DNA from: Bacilli bacterium
Lineage (GTDB): Bacteria; Bacillota_I; Bacilli_A; RF39; UBA660
DNA: 64,000 bases
Direction of reading: 5' to 3'
NCBI GenBank assembly: GCA_030602345.1
Contig: JAUVZX010000001.1
Location: forward strand, 1,668 to 65,667
In this document: one piece after another, positions 19,923-30,637 of the stretch
Layout of the letters: each line of letters begins with the position of its first letter
Numbering within the stretch: position 1 is the first letter of the stretch
The notes under the pieces: model-generated
What the model was told of the DNA's origin: nothing
Seen by the model: the letters and a program-made list of their open reading frames with translations, nothing else
Database searches by the model: none
Program-made: the position numbers and the translations under genes

Positions 19923-20817
19923 ATGTACCTCTTATTATTTCTTGTTCTAAAACTAAATCAATATCAAATTTTTTCTTAACACTTTCTTTAGCCAAATTAA
20001 TTAATTCAATAATATCTTTAGCATTAGCATTATTATGATTAACAATAAAATTACTGTGTTTATCGCTTATTTTAGCACCATTTATAGCATAACCCTTAAG
20101 TCCTGCTTCTTCAATCAGCTTCCAAGCAAATAAGTCACTGGGATTCCTAAAAACACTTCCTGCATTAGGAAAATCTAATGGTTGTGTTTCAATTCTCCTT
20201 TTTCTTCGATCATCTATTATTTGAAGCAATTCTTCTTTATTACCAAATTTTAATGAAAGCGCTACTCTTATCACAGTATAATTTTTATACTTCTGTAAAA
20301 CTGAAGAACGATATCCAAATTCTAAATCTTTCAAATAAAGTCTTTTAATTTCCAAGTTCTCATTTAATATTTCTACATAAAAAACATTATCATTCATTGC
20401 TTTCTTATAAGCACCCGCATTCATGTAGATTGCACCTCCAACGGTGCCAGGAATACCTACTGCCCACTCTAAGCCTTCTAAGCCTAAATTAGCCGTTAAA
20501 TTAGCTAATTTAGTTAAATTATAGCCCGCTTCTACTATAACATCACTATTAGTTATCTCTACATTATTTAATTTAGAAAGACGAATAATAATACCTTCAT
20601 AATTACCATCAAAAATAATATTTGAACCCGTTCCTAAAATCATATATTTTAAATTATTACTCTTTATATAAACTAATAATTTAATCAATGAAGAAACACT
20701 GTCTACTTCTACTAGTACTGATGCTAAAGAAGAGATTCGATAAGTATTATATTTAGTTAAATCAACATCAAATAAAACCTCACCAACATTTAAATTAATT
20801 ATGTCTTCTTTATTCAT
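19915..20817 (-). CDS. murB: UDP-N-acetylenolpyruvoylglucosamine reductase
   Basis: 300 aa, FAD-binding MurB architecture; inside the cell-division/cell-wall cluster. Confidence 0.85.
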   Translation of the reverse strand: MNKEDIINLNVGEVLFDVDLTKYNTYRISSLASVLVEVDSVSSLIKLLVYIKSNNLKYMILGTGSNIIFDGNYEGIIIRLSKLNNVEITNSDVIVEAGYNLTKLANLTANLGLEGLEWAVGIPGTVGGAIYMNAGAYKKAMNDNVFYVEILNENLEIKRLYLKDLEFGYRSSVLQKYKNYTVIRVALSLKFGNKEELLQIIDDRRKRRIETQPLDFPNAGSVFRNPSDLFAWKLIEEAGLKGYAINGAKISDKHSNFIVNHNNANAKDIIELINLAKESVKKKFDIDLVLEQEIIRGTYE

Positions 20818-21884
20818 ATTAATTTCCTAATTTCTTCGTATATTTTGGTTGCACTATCCTTGATTTCCATCTTAGTTAAATTATCTTTGATCAATTCTAA
20901 TCGTTCATCATTAAAAATTAATGAATTTACTTCTTCTTTTAATAATTCACTTGTAACGTCTTCTTCTTTTAAGACAATACCCGCATTATTCTTCATAAAC
21001 GAAACTGCATTTTTATATTGATGATCATTTGGAACAAAAGGACTAGGTATTAAAATTGAAGGTAATTTTAACGAAATTATTTCACTCAATGTAGAAGCAC
21101 CACATCTAGTAATAACTACATCTGCTCTTTTCATAATCCTAGTTTGATTTTCAACATAAGGAAAAATATGAACATTAGAATTGAATTTATTTTTTACTAT
21201 CTCATCATAAGAAGCAGCTCCTGTAACAAACATAACTTCATAAGAATCATCAATTGTTTTAAGAAAATCTACTATTTTATTACTTAAAACAGACGCTCCT
21301 AAAGATCCTAAGACAATATATAATAATTTCTTATCTTCACTTAATCCAAATTCAGTTTTAGAAGATGGAATTGTTTGCAAAGCCTCTTCCCCACATGGAT
21401 TACCTGTAAAAATAATTTTATCTTTATATTTATCAATCGTACTTTCCTCAAAAGAAATAAATATTTTGTTAACAAATCTTGCTAAAGCAACATTAGAAAA
21501 ACCAAAAACACTATTTTGTTCATGAACCACTGTTTTAACAGAAGAGAAATATCCTGCCATAATTACAGGAAAAGTGACATAACCACCTACTCCAATTATA
21601 ATATCTGGTTTAAATTTTTTTATTTCTTTTTTTACGATAAAAAAAGCTTTAATCATCTTAAAGATAATCTCAAAGTTTTTTAAGATTTTTTTACGATTTA
21701 GACCATAAACCTCTAACTCTAAATAAGGTATATTTTTAGAAGGAATAATCTTTTTTTCCATACGATTATGAGTTCCTATATACAAAAACTCACTATTAGG
21801 TTCTTTTTCTTTTATTTTATTTAATATGGCTAAAGCAGGATAAATATGACCACCTGTTCCACCAGCACTTATAATAACTCTCAT
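20814..21884 (-). CDS. murG: UDP-N-acetylglucosamine--N-acetylmuramyl-(pentapeptide) pyrophosphoryl-undecaprenol N-acetylglucosamine transferase
   Basis: 356 aa, MRVIISAGGTGGHIYPALA N-terminus typical of MurG. Confidence 0.9.
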   Translation of the reverse strand: MRVIISAGGTGGHIYPALAILNKIKEKEPNSEFLYIGTHNRMEKKIIPSKNIPYLELEVYGLNRKKILKNFEIIFKMIKAFFIVKKEIKKFKPDIIIGVGGYVTFPVIMAGYFSSVKTVVHEQNSVFGFSNVALARFVNKIFISFEESTIDKYKDKIIFTGNPCGEEALQTIPSSKTEFGLSEDKKLLYIVLGSLGASVLSNKIVDFLKTIDDSYEVMFVTGAASYDEIVKNKFNSNVHIFPYVENQTRIMKRADVVITRCGASTLSEIISLKLPSILIPSPFVPNDHQYKNAVSFMKNNAGIVLKEEDVTSELLKEEVNSLIFNDERLELIKDNLTKMEIKDSATKIYEEIRKLI

Positions 21885-21932
21885 AAATTTCTCCTGATAT
21901 AATTATACCATAAAAAAAGATGCATAAGCACC

Positions 21933-22733
21933 TTAAAATAATAAGCGAATTAGTAAAATAATTCCTAAAACTAATCGATAATAGAAAAATATTTTATACG
22001 AATTTTTCTTAATATAATCTAATAAGAAATGAATAACTAAGATTCCTGTTAAAAAAGAAAATATAACTCCTATTACAATTGAATCTAAATTAGTAGTTAA
22101 TATTACATTAAAATTATCATCTAACACTGTCAATAAAGTTGCTCCTAACATGACAGGAATACTTAAATAAAATGAAAATTTAGCAGCTGCTACTCTTTTA
22201 ATACCTAGGTATCTTGCTGACATAATTGTCATTCCCGATCTTGAAAAACCAGGAAATAAAGCAAACATCTGAGCTATACCAATTATTAAAGCATCAATAT
22301 AACTTATATCATCTATCTCTTTATCATTCTTACCTTTTTTATCAAAATAGTATAGTAAATATCCAATGACAATTAAAAATATCCCAATTAGAAATAAGTT
22401 ATTTCTAAAATAGCGATCAATAACTGAAGAAAACAATAAACCTGTTATAACTGCAGGTATGGTACCTATAATTAATAGAAAAACTAATTTCATTTTTCTT
22501 TCAACAAAGAAATCATATGCAATCTTAAATAAATCTTTAAAGAAATAAGTTAAGATGGCAAGTAACGTTCCAAAATGAAGAGCAATGTCTAAAGCTAATA
22601 ACATTTTAGAATCTAATAAAGTTCCCATGTTGTAAAAACTTCTCATAATTATTAAATGAGCCGAAGAAGAAACAGGTAAAAACTCTGTTATTCCTTGAAC
22701 TATCGCTAAAAAGATTATTTCCAATATTTTCAT
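21933..22733 (-). CDS. uppP: Undecaprenyl-diphosphatase
   Basis: 266 aa, 8 TM, EFLPVSSSAHL motif. Confidence 0.85.
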   Translation of the reverse strand: MKILEIIFLAIVQGITEFLPVSSSAHLIIMRSFYNMGTLLDSKMLLALDIALHFGTLLAILTYFFKDLFKIAYDFFVERKMKLVFLLIIGTIPAVITGLLFSSVIDRYFRNNLFLIGIFLIVIGYLLYYFDKKGKNDKEIDDISYIDALIIGIAQMFALFPGFSRSGMTIMSARYLGIKRVAAAKFSFYLSIPVMLGATLLTVLDDNFNVILTTNLDSIVIGVIFSFLTGILVIHFLLDYIKKNSYKIFFYYRLVLGIILLIRLLF

Positions 22734-22764
22734 TTTATCACCTATTTAATTATAGCATAAACGA

Positions 22765-24012
22765 TTAATTATAGCCTTTTGTTTTAACTAATTTTACACT
22801 TGAATTTATATCATAATTTCTTTCTTTTATGAAATCATTAAGCTTTTCTTCTGTTTCAAACCAATAGCACTTATTTGTATTATTATCTTTAAGACCAACA
22901 TAATTGTTATTAGGAAGAAGCTTAATATCTTTACCATCGTGATACATATAAGTAAACGTAATAATTTTTTTGTTTTCTAAATCTATTTTACGATGACCAT
23001 TTCCAATTATATTTCCTTTAGTATCAACAAGACCCCATTTTCCATTTTGATTAATACACGCGTATCCTTCAGAAAAATCAGTTATTCTTTTATACTCTGG
23101 TTTTAAAATAACTTCTCCATATATATTTTTAAGACCATATAAACCTTTTTCTTTAAATTTAATAACTTCTTCTTTAGACTTAACTATTTCTTTTCCAACA
23201 ATTGAATACATATTATCATTAATTTGATTTATTTTATTAGGTAATGGTTTATCATTAATTACCTCATCCTCTTCATTAAAATCAAATATTAATTTTTCTA
23301 TCTTCTTACCATTTACATCAATATTATAAGATTGGCCATTTTCTCTTACTACTGCTAAACCGTTATAAAAACTACATGCTTTTTCATAAATATGTGGAAT
23401 AACTAGTTTATTATTAATATCAATAAATCCCCATTTACCAGTATTTTTGTTTTTGGCAGGAATTAAGCCATAACTATATTTTTTTAACAGAGCATATTCA
23501 AAAGGAATAATCACTTCATTATTTTTATTAATTAAACCAAATAAACTTCCCTTGGCCACTGCTGCTAAATCATTGTGAAATGAGTATACATAATCGTATT
23601 CAAAAGGAATAATTACTTCACCATTTTTATCAACATATCCACAAGCAAAATCTTCATCAGATGCAGCCATTAATCCACAAGAAAGCGGCAAGATATCTGA
23701 ATATTTGAACTTAGTAAATTTTTTCAAATCAAGACTTACAATTGACCATCTCTTAGTTAAAGGATCTCTTACTAAAACTGTGTTATCAATCGGAAAACTT
23801 ACATCCGCAAATATAACAGGTACTACTTCTTTTCCACTCTTATCAATAAGGCCTTTAAATTCTCCTATACCAACTTTTGAATAGCCATTATTAAAAGATG
23901 TAATCTTATCATAAATAAGTTTATCTACCGGAACAATTCCATATCGATGTAAGTTTCTTACATCAATAATTTCATCTCCTAATTTGTATCCTTTTATTAT
24001 TTCAAAATTCAT
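22765..24012 (-). CDS. WG repeat-containing protein
   Basis: 415 aa with recurring about 35-aa repeats containing Y/WG...AVV..NGKWGFID. Confidence 0.55.
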   Translation of the reverse strand: MNFEIIKGYKLGDEIIDVRNLHRYGIVPVDKLIYDKITSFNNGYSKVGIGEFKGLIDKSGKEVVPVIFADVSFPIDNTVLVRDPLTKRWSIVSLDLKKFTKFKYSDILPLSCGLMAASDEDFACGYVDKNGEVIIPFEYDYVYSFHNDLAAVAKGSLFGLINKNNEVIIPFEYALLKKYSYGLIPAKNKNTGKWGFIDINNKLVIPHIYEKACSFYNGLAVVRENGQSYNIDVNGKKIEKLIFDFNEEDEVINDKPLPNKINQINDNMYSIVGKEIVKSKEEVIKFKEKGLYGLKNIYGEVILKPEYKRITDFSEGYACINQNGKWGLVDTKGNIIGNGHRKIDLENKKIITFTYMYHDGKDIKLLPNNNYVGLKDNNTNKCYWFETEEKLNDFIKERNYDINSSVKLVKTKGYN

Positions 24013-24067
24013 AAAGCACCTCTTAAGTTAAATATTATAAACAATTTATTAAATTTAAGCAAATTAA

Positions 24068-24090
24068 AAAGGCTTATATAGCCTTTAAAA
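24068..24090 (-). terminator. Rho-independent terminator downstream of the thiol-disulfide cluster
   Basis: AAAGGCT-TATA-TAGCCTTT perfect hairpin followed on the minus strand by TTTTTAATTT. Confidence 0.5.
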
Positions 24091-24894
24091 TATAAATACT
24101 AACCATTCTGGCGCTAAAATAATTATTAAACCCATGATAACCATGATAATACCACCAATTAAACTTGAATATTTACTAATTTTTTGTGATACTCCAAGCA
24201 TCTTGAAACTAAATACGGCAATTGCAAATATGATTAAATCATCAATTAAGAAGAATAATACATATAAGAATGTATAAAATAATTGCATACTTCCTGTTAC
24301 ATTATTTACTGCTAAAACCTGAGAAAATAACAAAGGAAACCCTGCTGAACAAGCTAGTTCAATTAAATTAACACTGATTGCTAAAAAGACTACTCCTAAT
24401 AAAGCCAAAGGCATACTTTGCTCTTTAACAATATTTTTAACTCTTTCAACAATTTTATTTCTTTTACGATCATCTACTACTTCACAACCATCTTCATCAG
24501 TATTGAAATACTTCTTAAGATTGATTGCTCCTCCTGCAATTGACACAAGAGCAATCGCTATTCTTAACCAATATATAGTAGAAAATTCAACTGAAATCTT
24601 AACCCAAGATAACAATACTAAGTAGTACAACGCTGCCGTTGTAAATAAGAAAGCAAAACCTAAAATCCACAATCTTTTACGATCTTTCATTCCAGAAAGC
24701 ATACTAATTAAAAAGATTAAAACCCACATTGCACAAGGATTAAAACCATCTAAAGCTCCCAGTAAAATACTAATCGCTGGAATTGATACTGTTGCTAAAT
24801 CAATCTCTCCTGCAATAGGAAGCGTAACGACTTGAGCACTTACTAACACTGGAACTAAGAATAAAAACATTGCGTATACTAAATATTTTTTCAT
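24085..24894 (-). CDS. CcdA/DsbD-like thiol-disulfide membrane protein (divergent)
   Basis: 269 aa, signal peptide plus 6 TM, two membrane-embedded cysteines (DGFNPC, ELACSAG), adjacent to two thioredoxin-fold genes. Confidence 0.4.
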   Translation of the reverse strand: MKKYLVYAMFLFLVPVLVSAQVVTLPIAGEIDLATVSIPAISILLGALDGFNPCAMWVLIFLISMLSGMKDRKRLWILGFAFLFTTAALYYLVLLSWVKISVEFSTIYWLRIAIALVSIAGGAINLKKYFNTDEDGCEVVDDRKRNKIVERVKNIVKEQSMPLALLGVVFLAISVNLIELACSAGFPLLFSQVLAVNNVTGSMQLFYTFLYVLFFLIDDLIIFAIAVFSFKMLGVSQKISKYSSLIGGIIMVIMGLIIILAPEWLVFIF

Positions 24895-25403
24895 TATACT
24901 TTTTTCTTAGGTGCCGCAAATAAGAAGACACCACCTAATACAATTAAAATAAAGACGACTGCAACAGCACTATTACTTGTATTAGAACCATGAATTGAAG
25001 GCAAACCTACTAAATCTGCCACTAATAAAACGATACTTTGATCATCGCCATTATAATTATCAATAGCTCTTTCAATATCAGGATTCATATAATCTGCATA
25101 GCCAGAAAAATGTCTACTACCAATTACCATTAAAGGAACTGATGTTTGTTTACTTGCTTCTATTTTATAGTAATCTGCCGCTTTTTTTAAACCTTGTAAA
25201 TTAGTTGAATTATACCAAGTTTCGTAGTATATAACATTTAAGTTCTTTTCTTCTTTAATTGTATTTAAATATTCTTCTAATCTTGCACAATAAGCACATT
25301 CTTTTCCAACAAAGACATAAACATTCACTTTATCTTCTGCTTTAACCATTAATGGCATAAACATTGCTAAAATTAATGCTACACTAAATAATATTTTTTT
25401 CAT
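24894..25403 (-). CDS. Thioredoxin-fold protein (CAYC active site) with signal peptide and C-terminal membrane anchor
   Basis: 169 aa, N-terminal signal sequence, CAYC motif, C-terminal TM helix. Confidence 0.5.
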   Translation of the reverse strand: MKKILFSVALILAMFMPLMVKAEDKVNVYVFVGKECAYCARLEEYLNTIKEEKNLNVIYYETWYNSTNLQGLKKAADYYKIEASKQTSVPLMVIGSRHFSGYADYMNPDIERAIDNYNGDDQSIVLLVADLVGLPSIHGSNTSNSAVAVVFILIVLGGVFLFAAPKKKV

Positions 25404-25659
25404 TAATTTCTCCTATTATTATTTCTAATTCTTTTTCTTTTTTTTCGCCAATTATTCTTTTTATTTCATTATCATTTTCATCCAAAAAGATTAAAACTGG
25501 TATTATTTTTCCTACTTCATATTTAACAATTTGATCGTGATCTAAATCATAATCATAGTCAATTATTTCAAAATTTTTATTACTAAAGACTTTATCCCAT
25601 CTCGGTCGCATGAGTAAACAACTCATACACCACATAGCACTTATTCTTATTACTTTCAT
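25384..25659 (-). CDS. Small thioredoxin-like protein (WCMSC active site)
   Basis: 91 aa, WCxxC motif at the N-terminus. Confidence 0.5.
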   Translation of the reverse strand: MKVIRISAMWCMSCLLMRPRWDKVFSNKNFEIIDYDYDLDHDQIVKYEVGKIIPVLIFLDENDNEIKRIIGEKKEKELEIIIGEINEKNII

Positions 25660-26777
25660 AGAGCTACTTCCTGATAAACCTTTTTAAAAATATTTAAAAA
25701 TTCTTCTATTTCTTCCATAGTCGTTAAATAAGACAAACTTATTCTAAATGAAGAAGTTGCTAAATCAATATCATTATATAAAGCCATGACGCTTCTTGAA
25801 GGACTAGTTCCTTGTGCACACGCTGATTGTGGCGAAAAATATACTTCATATTTTTCAAATGCCTTAGCGATTGAAGGACCATCTGAACCTTTGATACTAA
25901 TATTCAAAATATGTGCTACAGCATCTTCTGGACTATTAATATGTACTTTAGAATAATTTTTTAAATTAGTTCTTATTTTCTCGTTCAAAGACTTCACATA
26001 TTCAATTTTTGTTTCTAAATTTTCGTTTGAAACTTCAAATGTTGGTTGTAAAGACGCTATTAATCCCAAAGCAGGAGTTCCACTTCTTAAATTAGTTGTC
26101 GATCTTCCACCATGAATGATTGGTTCTATATTAACATTATCTTTTTTATATAAAAGACCTATTCCTTTGAAACCATATCCTTTTTGAGCAGAAAAAGCTG
26201 CCATATCAGCATAACTCAAGTCCAATTTTTCTTTTCCTAAACTCTGTGTCATATCAACGTGTATTTTAGCATTTGGATAGTCTTTTAAAATAGATTTAAT
26301 CTCTTTTAAATTAGTTTTAGTACCTAATTCTCCGTTTATTGAAGATAATGAAACTAAAATAGTATCTTCTTTCAAAATAGATTTAAAATGATTTAAATCA
26401 ACTTCACCATTTGGATCTAGTTTAATAAAATCAACGATAAAACCATTTTTTTGCAAATAACTAATTGGAGCTATAACACTTGAATGTTCAAATTCAGAAG
26501 TAATTATGTGCTTACCAATATGCTTATTAGCATTACAGTAACCCTTTATGGCTAAATTGTTAGATTCACTAGCACCACTTGTATAAATAATCTCACTAGT
26601 TTTAACATTTAGTTCTTTCGCTAAATACAATGTAACGTCATCAATGACCTCTTTTGCTTCTCTACCTAAAAGATGAGAAGAGTTAGGATTACCTATATAT
26701 TTTTTAGTCACACAAATAAATTTTTCAATAACTTTTTCATCAACAGGTGTTGTTGCCGAATAGTCTAAATATATCAT
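25656..26777 (-). CDS. Cysteine desulfurase (aminotransferase class V, NifS/IscS-like)
   Basis: 373 aa. PLP-enzyme pattern: IYLDYSATTP..., SAQKGYGFKG lysine region, conserved C near the C-terminus (SACAQGTSPS). Confidence 0.8.
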   Translation of the reverse strand: MIYLDYSATTPVDEKVIEKFICVTKKYIGNPNSSHLLGREAKEVIDDVTLYLAKELNVKTSEIIYTSGASESNNLAIKGYCNANKHIGKHIITSEFEHSSVIAPISYLQKNGFIVDFIKLDPNGEVDLNHFKSILKEDTILVSLSSINGELGTKTNLKEIKSILKDYPNAKIHVDMTQSLGKEKLDLSYADMAAFSAQKGYGFKGIGLLYKKDNVNIEPIIHGGRSTTNLRSGTPALGLIASLQPTFEVSNENLETKIEYVKSLNEKIRTNLKNYSKVHINSPEDAVAHILNISIKGSDGPSIAKAFEKYEVYFSPQSACAQGTSPSRSVMALYNDIDLATSSFRISLSYLTTMEEIEEFLNIFKKVYQEVAL

Positions 26778-26817
26778 ATTATCACCTCTTATAATTATAT
26801 CATATAAACATATATTT

Positions 26818-29001
26818 CTATATTCTAATTTTTTTAAGTCTCAAAGAATTTAATACTACAGAAACCGAACTAAACGCCATTGCAGTCCCTGCAAAAATCG
26901 GATTTAATAGGGGCCCTCCAAATAAGTATAAAAATCCCGCTGCAATTGGAATACCAATTAAATTATATATAAAGGCCCAAAATAAATTTTGCTTTATATT
27001 TTTCAATGTATATCTACTTAGTTTAAGAGCTTTTTTAAGCTTACTTAAATCGCCACTAATTAAAATTATATCGGCACTATCAATAGCAATATCAGTACCT
27101 GTTCCAATCGCTACACCAACATCTGATTGGCTAAGCGCTAGAGCATCATTTATGCCATCGCCTACCATTATGACCTTACCTTTCTCTTGAAGTTCTTTAA
27201 CTTTTAAATATTTATCTTCCGGCAAAACTTCAGCTATTACATTTTCTATATTTAACTGTTTTGCAATAGCAATAGCGGTTTTTTTATTATCACCAGTAAG
27301 CATGTAAATGCTCATTCCCATTTTTTTTAAATTATCAATTGCCTTATAACTTGTTTCTTTAATGGGATCAGCAATTGCAATTAAAGAAACTATTTTATTA
27401 TCAACACTTACATAAACAACTGTTTTACCTTCTGAAGATAGTATATCGAAATCTTTTTGATACTTATGATAGTCACTTTCCATCACTAATTTTTGATTAC
27501 CTATCATTACTTTTTTATGTCCAACAGTTCCGGATATTCCTAATCCTGCTATGTTTTCAAAATTCTCTACATTGATTAAATCATTCCCTTCAAAATAATT
27601 AACTATTGCTTTACTCAACGGATGATCTGACATCATTTCTAAGGATTTAATATAATTTTCATAACCACTTTCAATCTCAATATAATTTGTAACTTGTGGT
27701 TTACCTAATGTTATAGTACCCGTTTTATCTAAAACTATTATTCTAGATTTGTGCATTATTTCTAAGGCTTCACCACTTTTAACTAAAATACCATTTTCCG
27801 CACCTTTTCCAGTTCCCGTAATTATAGCTACCGGAGTAGCAAGTCCAAGTGCACAAGGACAAGCAATAACTAATATTGATACAAATATTGTCATGACAAA
27901 CTCAATATCTTTTCCAGACAATAACCACAACGATGATACCAAAATGGCAAAAACGATTATGAAGGGTACAAAATACTTAGAAATCTCATTTGCTAATTTA
28001 GCAATTGGAGCCTTTTTCATATTGGCTTCTTCTACTAATTTTATAATTTTAGAAATAGTATTATTCTCTAAATCGTTAACAACTTCAACTTCAAGATATC
28101 CATTTTCTAGAATGCTACCAACATATACATAATCTTTTTCCATCTTTTTAACGGGCATACTTTCTCCAGTAATTAACGACTCGTTAATATGAGCCTCTCC
28201 CTTTAAAATATTTCCATCAACAGGGATTTTCATTCCTGATTTCACAATACAAATATCGCCTTTTTTGACATTTTCTATTAATACTTCAACTATCTCACCA
28301 TTTGTATATATCAAAGCCTTATCAGGCATTAATAAAAATAGTTTTTCAATTGCTTCATTAGTTTTTTTCTTATTTAAATCTTCTAAATGCTTTCCTAGCA
28401 TCACTAGAGATATGATAATTGCTGCAGTTTCAAAATATAGGTTATCTACATAGCTAACTTCTTTAATATAGATCATAGATGTAGCAAAAAGGCTATATAT
28501 ATAAGCGCTACCTGTTCCAATAGCCACTAAACTATCCATATTTGGATTCTTGTTTATCATCGCTTTTATTCCTTTAGTAAAAAACTGCCTTCCCAAAATA
28601 ACAATTATAGTTGTAATAACAAATTGAAACAAAGCAAAAGTTAAAGGATTAGCATGATAACTAACAAATTCTGGTAAAGGTAATTCCATCATATGAGCCA
28701 TTGCTAAATATAATATAACTAGCGATAGTAATAACGCTATATAAATACCTTTATTAGCCTTTTTCGTTGTCTTATGGTCTAAAGTAATATCGTATCCATT
28801 TTTTCTTATTTCATTTCTAATTTTCTCAAAATTAATATCTTTACCATATGAAACATAAAGTGTTTCATTAGCTAAATTAACATTAACTGATGAAGTTCCA
28901 TCAATATTTTTTACAACGCGATCAATTGTGTTTGCACATGACGCACAAGTCATTCCAACTATTTTATATTTATAATTATTCATATTAACCTCCATAATCA
29001 C
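26818..29001 (-). CDS. copA: Copper-translocating P1B-type ATPase
   Basis: N-terminal HMA (GMTCASCANTIDR), CPC transmembrane motif (ACPCALGLA), DKTGT phosphorylation site, GDGIND. Confidence 0.9.
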   Translation of the reverse strand: MIMEVNMNNYKYKIVGMTCASCANTIDRVVKNIDGTSSVNVNLANETLYVSYGKDINFEKIRNEIRKNGYDITLDHKTTKKANKGIYIALLLSLVILYLAMAHMMELPLPEFVSYHANPLTFALFQFVITTIIVILGRQFFTKGIKAMINKNPNMDSLVAIGTGSAYIYSLFATSMIYIKEVSYVDNLYFETAAIIISLVMLGKHLEDLNKKKTNEAIEKLFLLMPDKALIYTNGEIVEVLIENVKKGDICIVKSGMKIPVDGNILKGEAHINESLITGESMPVKKMEKDYVYVGSILENGYLEVEVVNDLENNTISKIIKLVEEANMKKAPIAKLANEISKYFVPFIIVFAILVSSLWLLSGKDIEFVMTIFVSILVIACPCALGLATPVAIITGTGKGAENGILVKSGEALEIMHKSRIIVLDKTGTITLGKPQVTNYIEIESGYENYIKSLEMMSDHPLSKAIVNYFEGNDLINVENFENIAGLGISGTVGHKKVMIGNQKLVMESDYHKYQKDFDILSSEGKTVVYVSVDNKIVSLIAIADPIKETSYKAIDNLKKMGMSIYMLTGDNKKTAIAIAKQLNIENVIAEVLPEDKYLKVKELQEKGKVIMVGDGINDALALSQSDVGVAIGTGTDIAIDSADIILISGDLSKLKKALKLSRYTLKNIKQNLFWAFIYNLIGIPIAAGFLYLFGGPLLNPIFAGTAMAFSSVSVVLNSLRLKKIRI

Positions 29002-30292
29002 TTAAATCATCAACAACTTTTATATTACTAGTAACCATACCCATCCAACAAGTATATTTTATATTGCCCACTTTAGTTGGCGTGAATTCAATATAATTAT
29101 CACCCGTTTTTAAACTATAACTAATATTAAAATTATGAATTATTAAGGCATTTGTACAGCCAAAATATCTAATATCACTAACTTTAATATTCCAAATGAC
29201 AGGAATACCTTTTTGAACCATTATTGGCTTATATCCTAAATAGTCAAGCTGATATTCCACATATTGATGATCATCTTTCAATTCAGCAATTATATAATCA
29301 CTATACATAGAAGAACGTATTTCCTTAAAAATATCTATTCCCGATAAATTCAAAGCTCTATTCATCATAAATATTGATAACAAGATTATTAAAACAGAAC
29401 TTATTCGCTGAATTAACAATGAATATTTGCCTCTTAATTTTACAAACAAAATTCCAAATCCAAGCATTAAAGGAGTCGTCCCTAAGGCAAAGAAAAACAT
29501 TGAAAGAGCACCATAATAAATTGAGCCAGTAGATAAAGCATAAATTTGCATAGCTTGAAGAGGACCACATGGCATCAATCCATTTAATAAACCTACAATA
29601 AAAGGAGTATTGGTCTTCTTAAGACTGTTTTTAAATAATTTAGGCATTTTAGGGATAAAAAGGTGCAATTTTCTTGGTAACCACCCTATCATTGATAAAC
29701 CCATAAACAACATTATAATACTAGCAATAAATATTATTATTATTTGAAGTCGTTGATCAAAGGTAAATAAACTCCCCAAAAATCCAACCATTCCACCAAT
29801 GATAGTATAAGAAATAATTCTACCTAAATTATAAAAGATAGGACTTTTTATATTTTCATCATTTTTCATTACGACTGCAAGATTAATTGAACCACACATT
29901 CCAACACAATGAACACTGGTCAACAAACCTACTAAAAAGAGCATTCCATACGATATATTCGAATCTAAAACAGGAACAAAATTAAAAATATTAATTCCAA
30001 ATATCAATTTAATTCCAAAATAAAACATTAAGAAAAAAAGTAAAATAGGCAAAACATCCCTAATACTTGTTTTATTATTCTTAAAATTACCTTTAAATTT
30101 ATAACCAAGTTCATCAATTTTTGAACTTACTTCTTTTAAATCTAAATTGGGATCATAAGTTACTTCAACAGTTTTATCTTTAAATGATGCTTTTACTTTC
30201 TTAATCTCTGAAAAACTCAATAAAACTTTCTCTATTTTTTCTTCACAGTGATGGCAAGTCATTCCTAAAATTAAAAATTTTTCTTTTTTCAT
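28985..30292 (-). CDS. HMA-domain fused polytopic membrane protein (TauE/DsbD_2-like) with a C-terminal cupredoxin-like domain; probable copper handling
   Basis: N-terminal GMTCHHCEEKIEKVL metal-binding motif, about 8 TM with CVGMCG, C-terminal soluble domain with YTCWMGM. Confidence 0.45.
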   Translation of the reverse strand: MKKEKFLILGMTCHHCEEKIEKVLLSFSEIKKVKASFKDKTVEVTYDPNLDLKEVSSKIDELGYKFKGNFKNNKTSIRDVLPILLFFLMFYFGIKLIFGINIFNFVPVLDSNISYGMLFLVGLLTSVHCVGMCGSINLAVVMKNDENIKSPIFYNLGRIISYTIIGGMVGFLGSLFTFDQRLQIIIIFIASIIMLFMGLSMIGWLPRKLHLFIPKMPKLFKNSLKKTNTPFIVGLLNGLMPCGPLQAMQIYALSTGSIYYGALSMFFFALGTTPLMLGFGILFVKLRGKYSLLIQRISSVLIILLSIFMMNRALNLSGIDIFKEIRSSMYSDYIIAELKDDHQYVEYQLDYLGYKPIMVQKGIPVIWNIKVSDIRYFGCTNALIIHNFNISYSLKTGDNYIEFTPTKVGNIKYTCWMGMVTSNIKVVDDLSDYGG

Positions 30293-30600
30293 CTAGAAAA
30301 TCTCTCAAATGTTTTCATTAATTCATCTATAGTATCATCTTTACCTGCCATTATATCTTCTTTGACACAGGTTTTTAAATGATTATCAATTAAAGCCAAC
30401 CCCAGACTTTTTAAAGAATTATTAACTGCTGATATTTGCATCAATACATCATCACAATATCTTGAATCCTCAACCATTTTTTTAATTCCATTTATTTGAC
30501 CATTGATTCTATTCAAACGATCAATAATCATATCCTTTTCTGTTTTATTTCTTTGCTTAATTTTATCTGTGCAACAACATTCTTTCATAATATCACCCAT
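30289..30600 (-). CDS. csoR: CsoR/RcnR-family copper-sensing transcriptional repressor
   Basis: CsoR family pattern: DRLNRINGQINGIKKMVE...RYCDDVLMQ...H...C. Start trimmed to MGDIMKE. Confidence 0.7.
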   Translation of the reverse strand: MGDIMKECCCTDKIKQRNKTEKDMIIDRLNRINGQINGIKKMVEDSRYCDDVLMQISAVNNSLKSLGLALIDNHLKTCVKEDIMAGKDDTIDELMKTFERFSR

Positions 30601-30606
30601 CAATAT

Positions 30607-30627
30607 TATATACCCCCCCTTGGTATA
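30607..30627. promoter_or_regulatory. Putative CsoR operator: TATACC-CCCCCCTT-GGTATA inverted repeat directly upstream of csoR
   Basis: Near-perfect palindrome with a G/C core. Resembles CsoR boxes (TACCC...GGGTA) and overlaps the csoR RBS. Confidence 0.45.
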
Positions 30628-30637
30628 AGTCAATAAC

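Noticed and set aside
27375-28453. Plus-strand ORFs of 66, 127 and 62 aa inside copA
   Set aside because: They are antisense to a high-confidence P-type ATPase gene. No start signals are present. These are typical AT-rich shadow ORFs.
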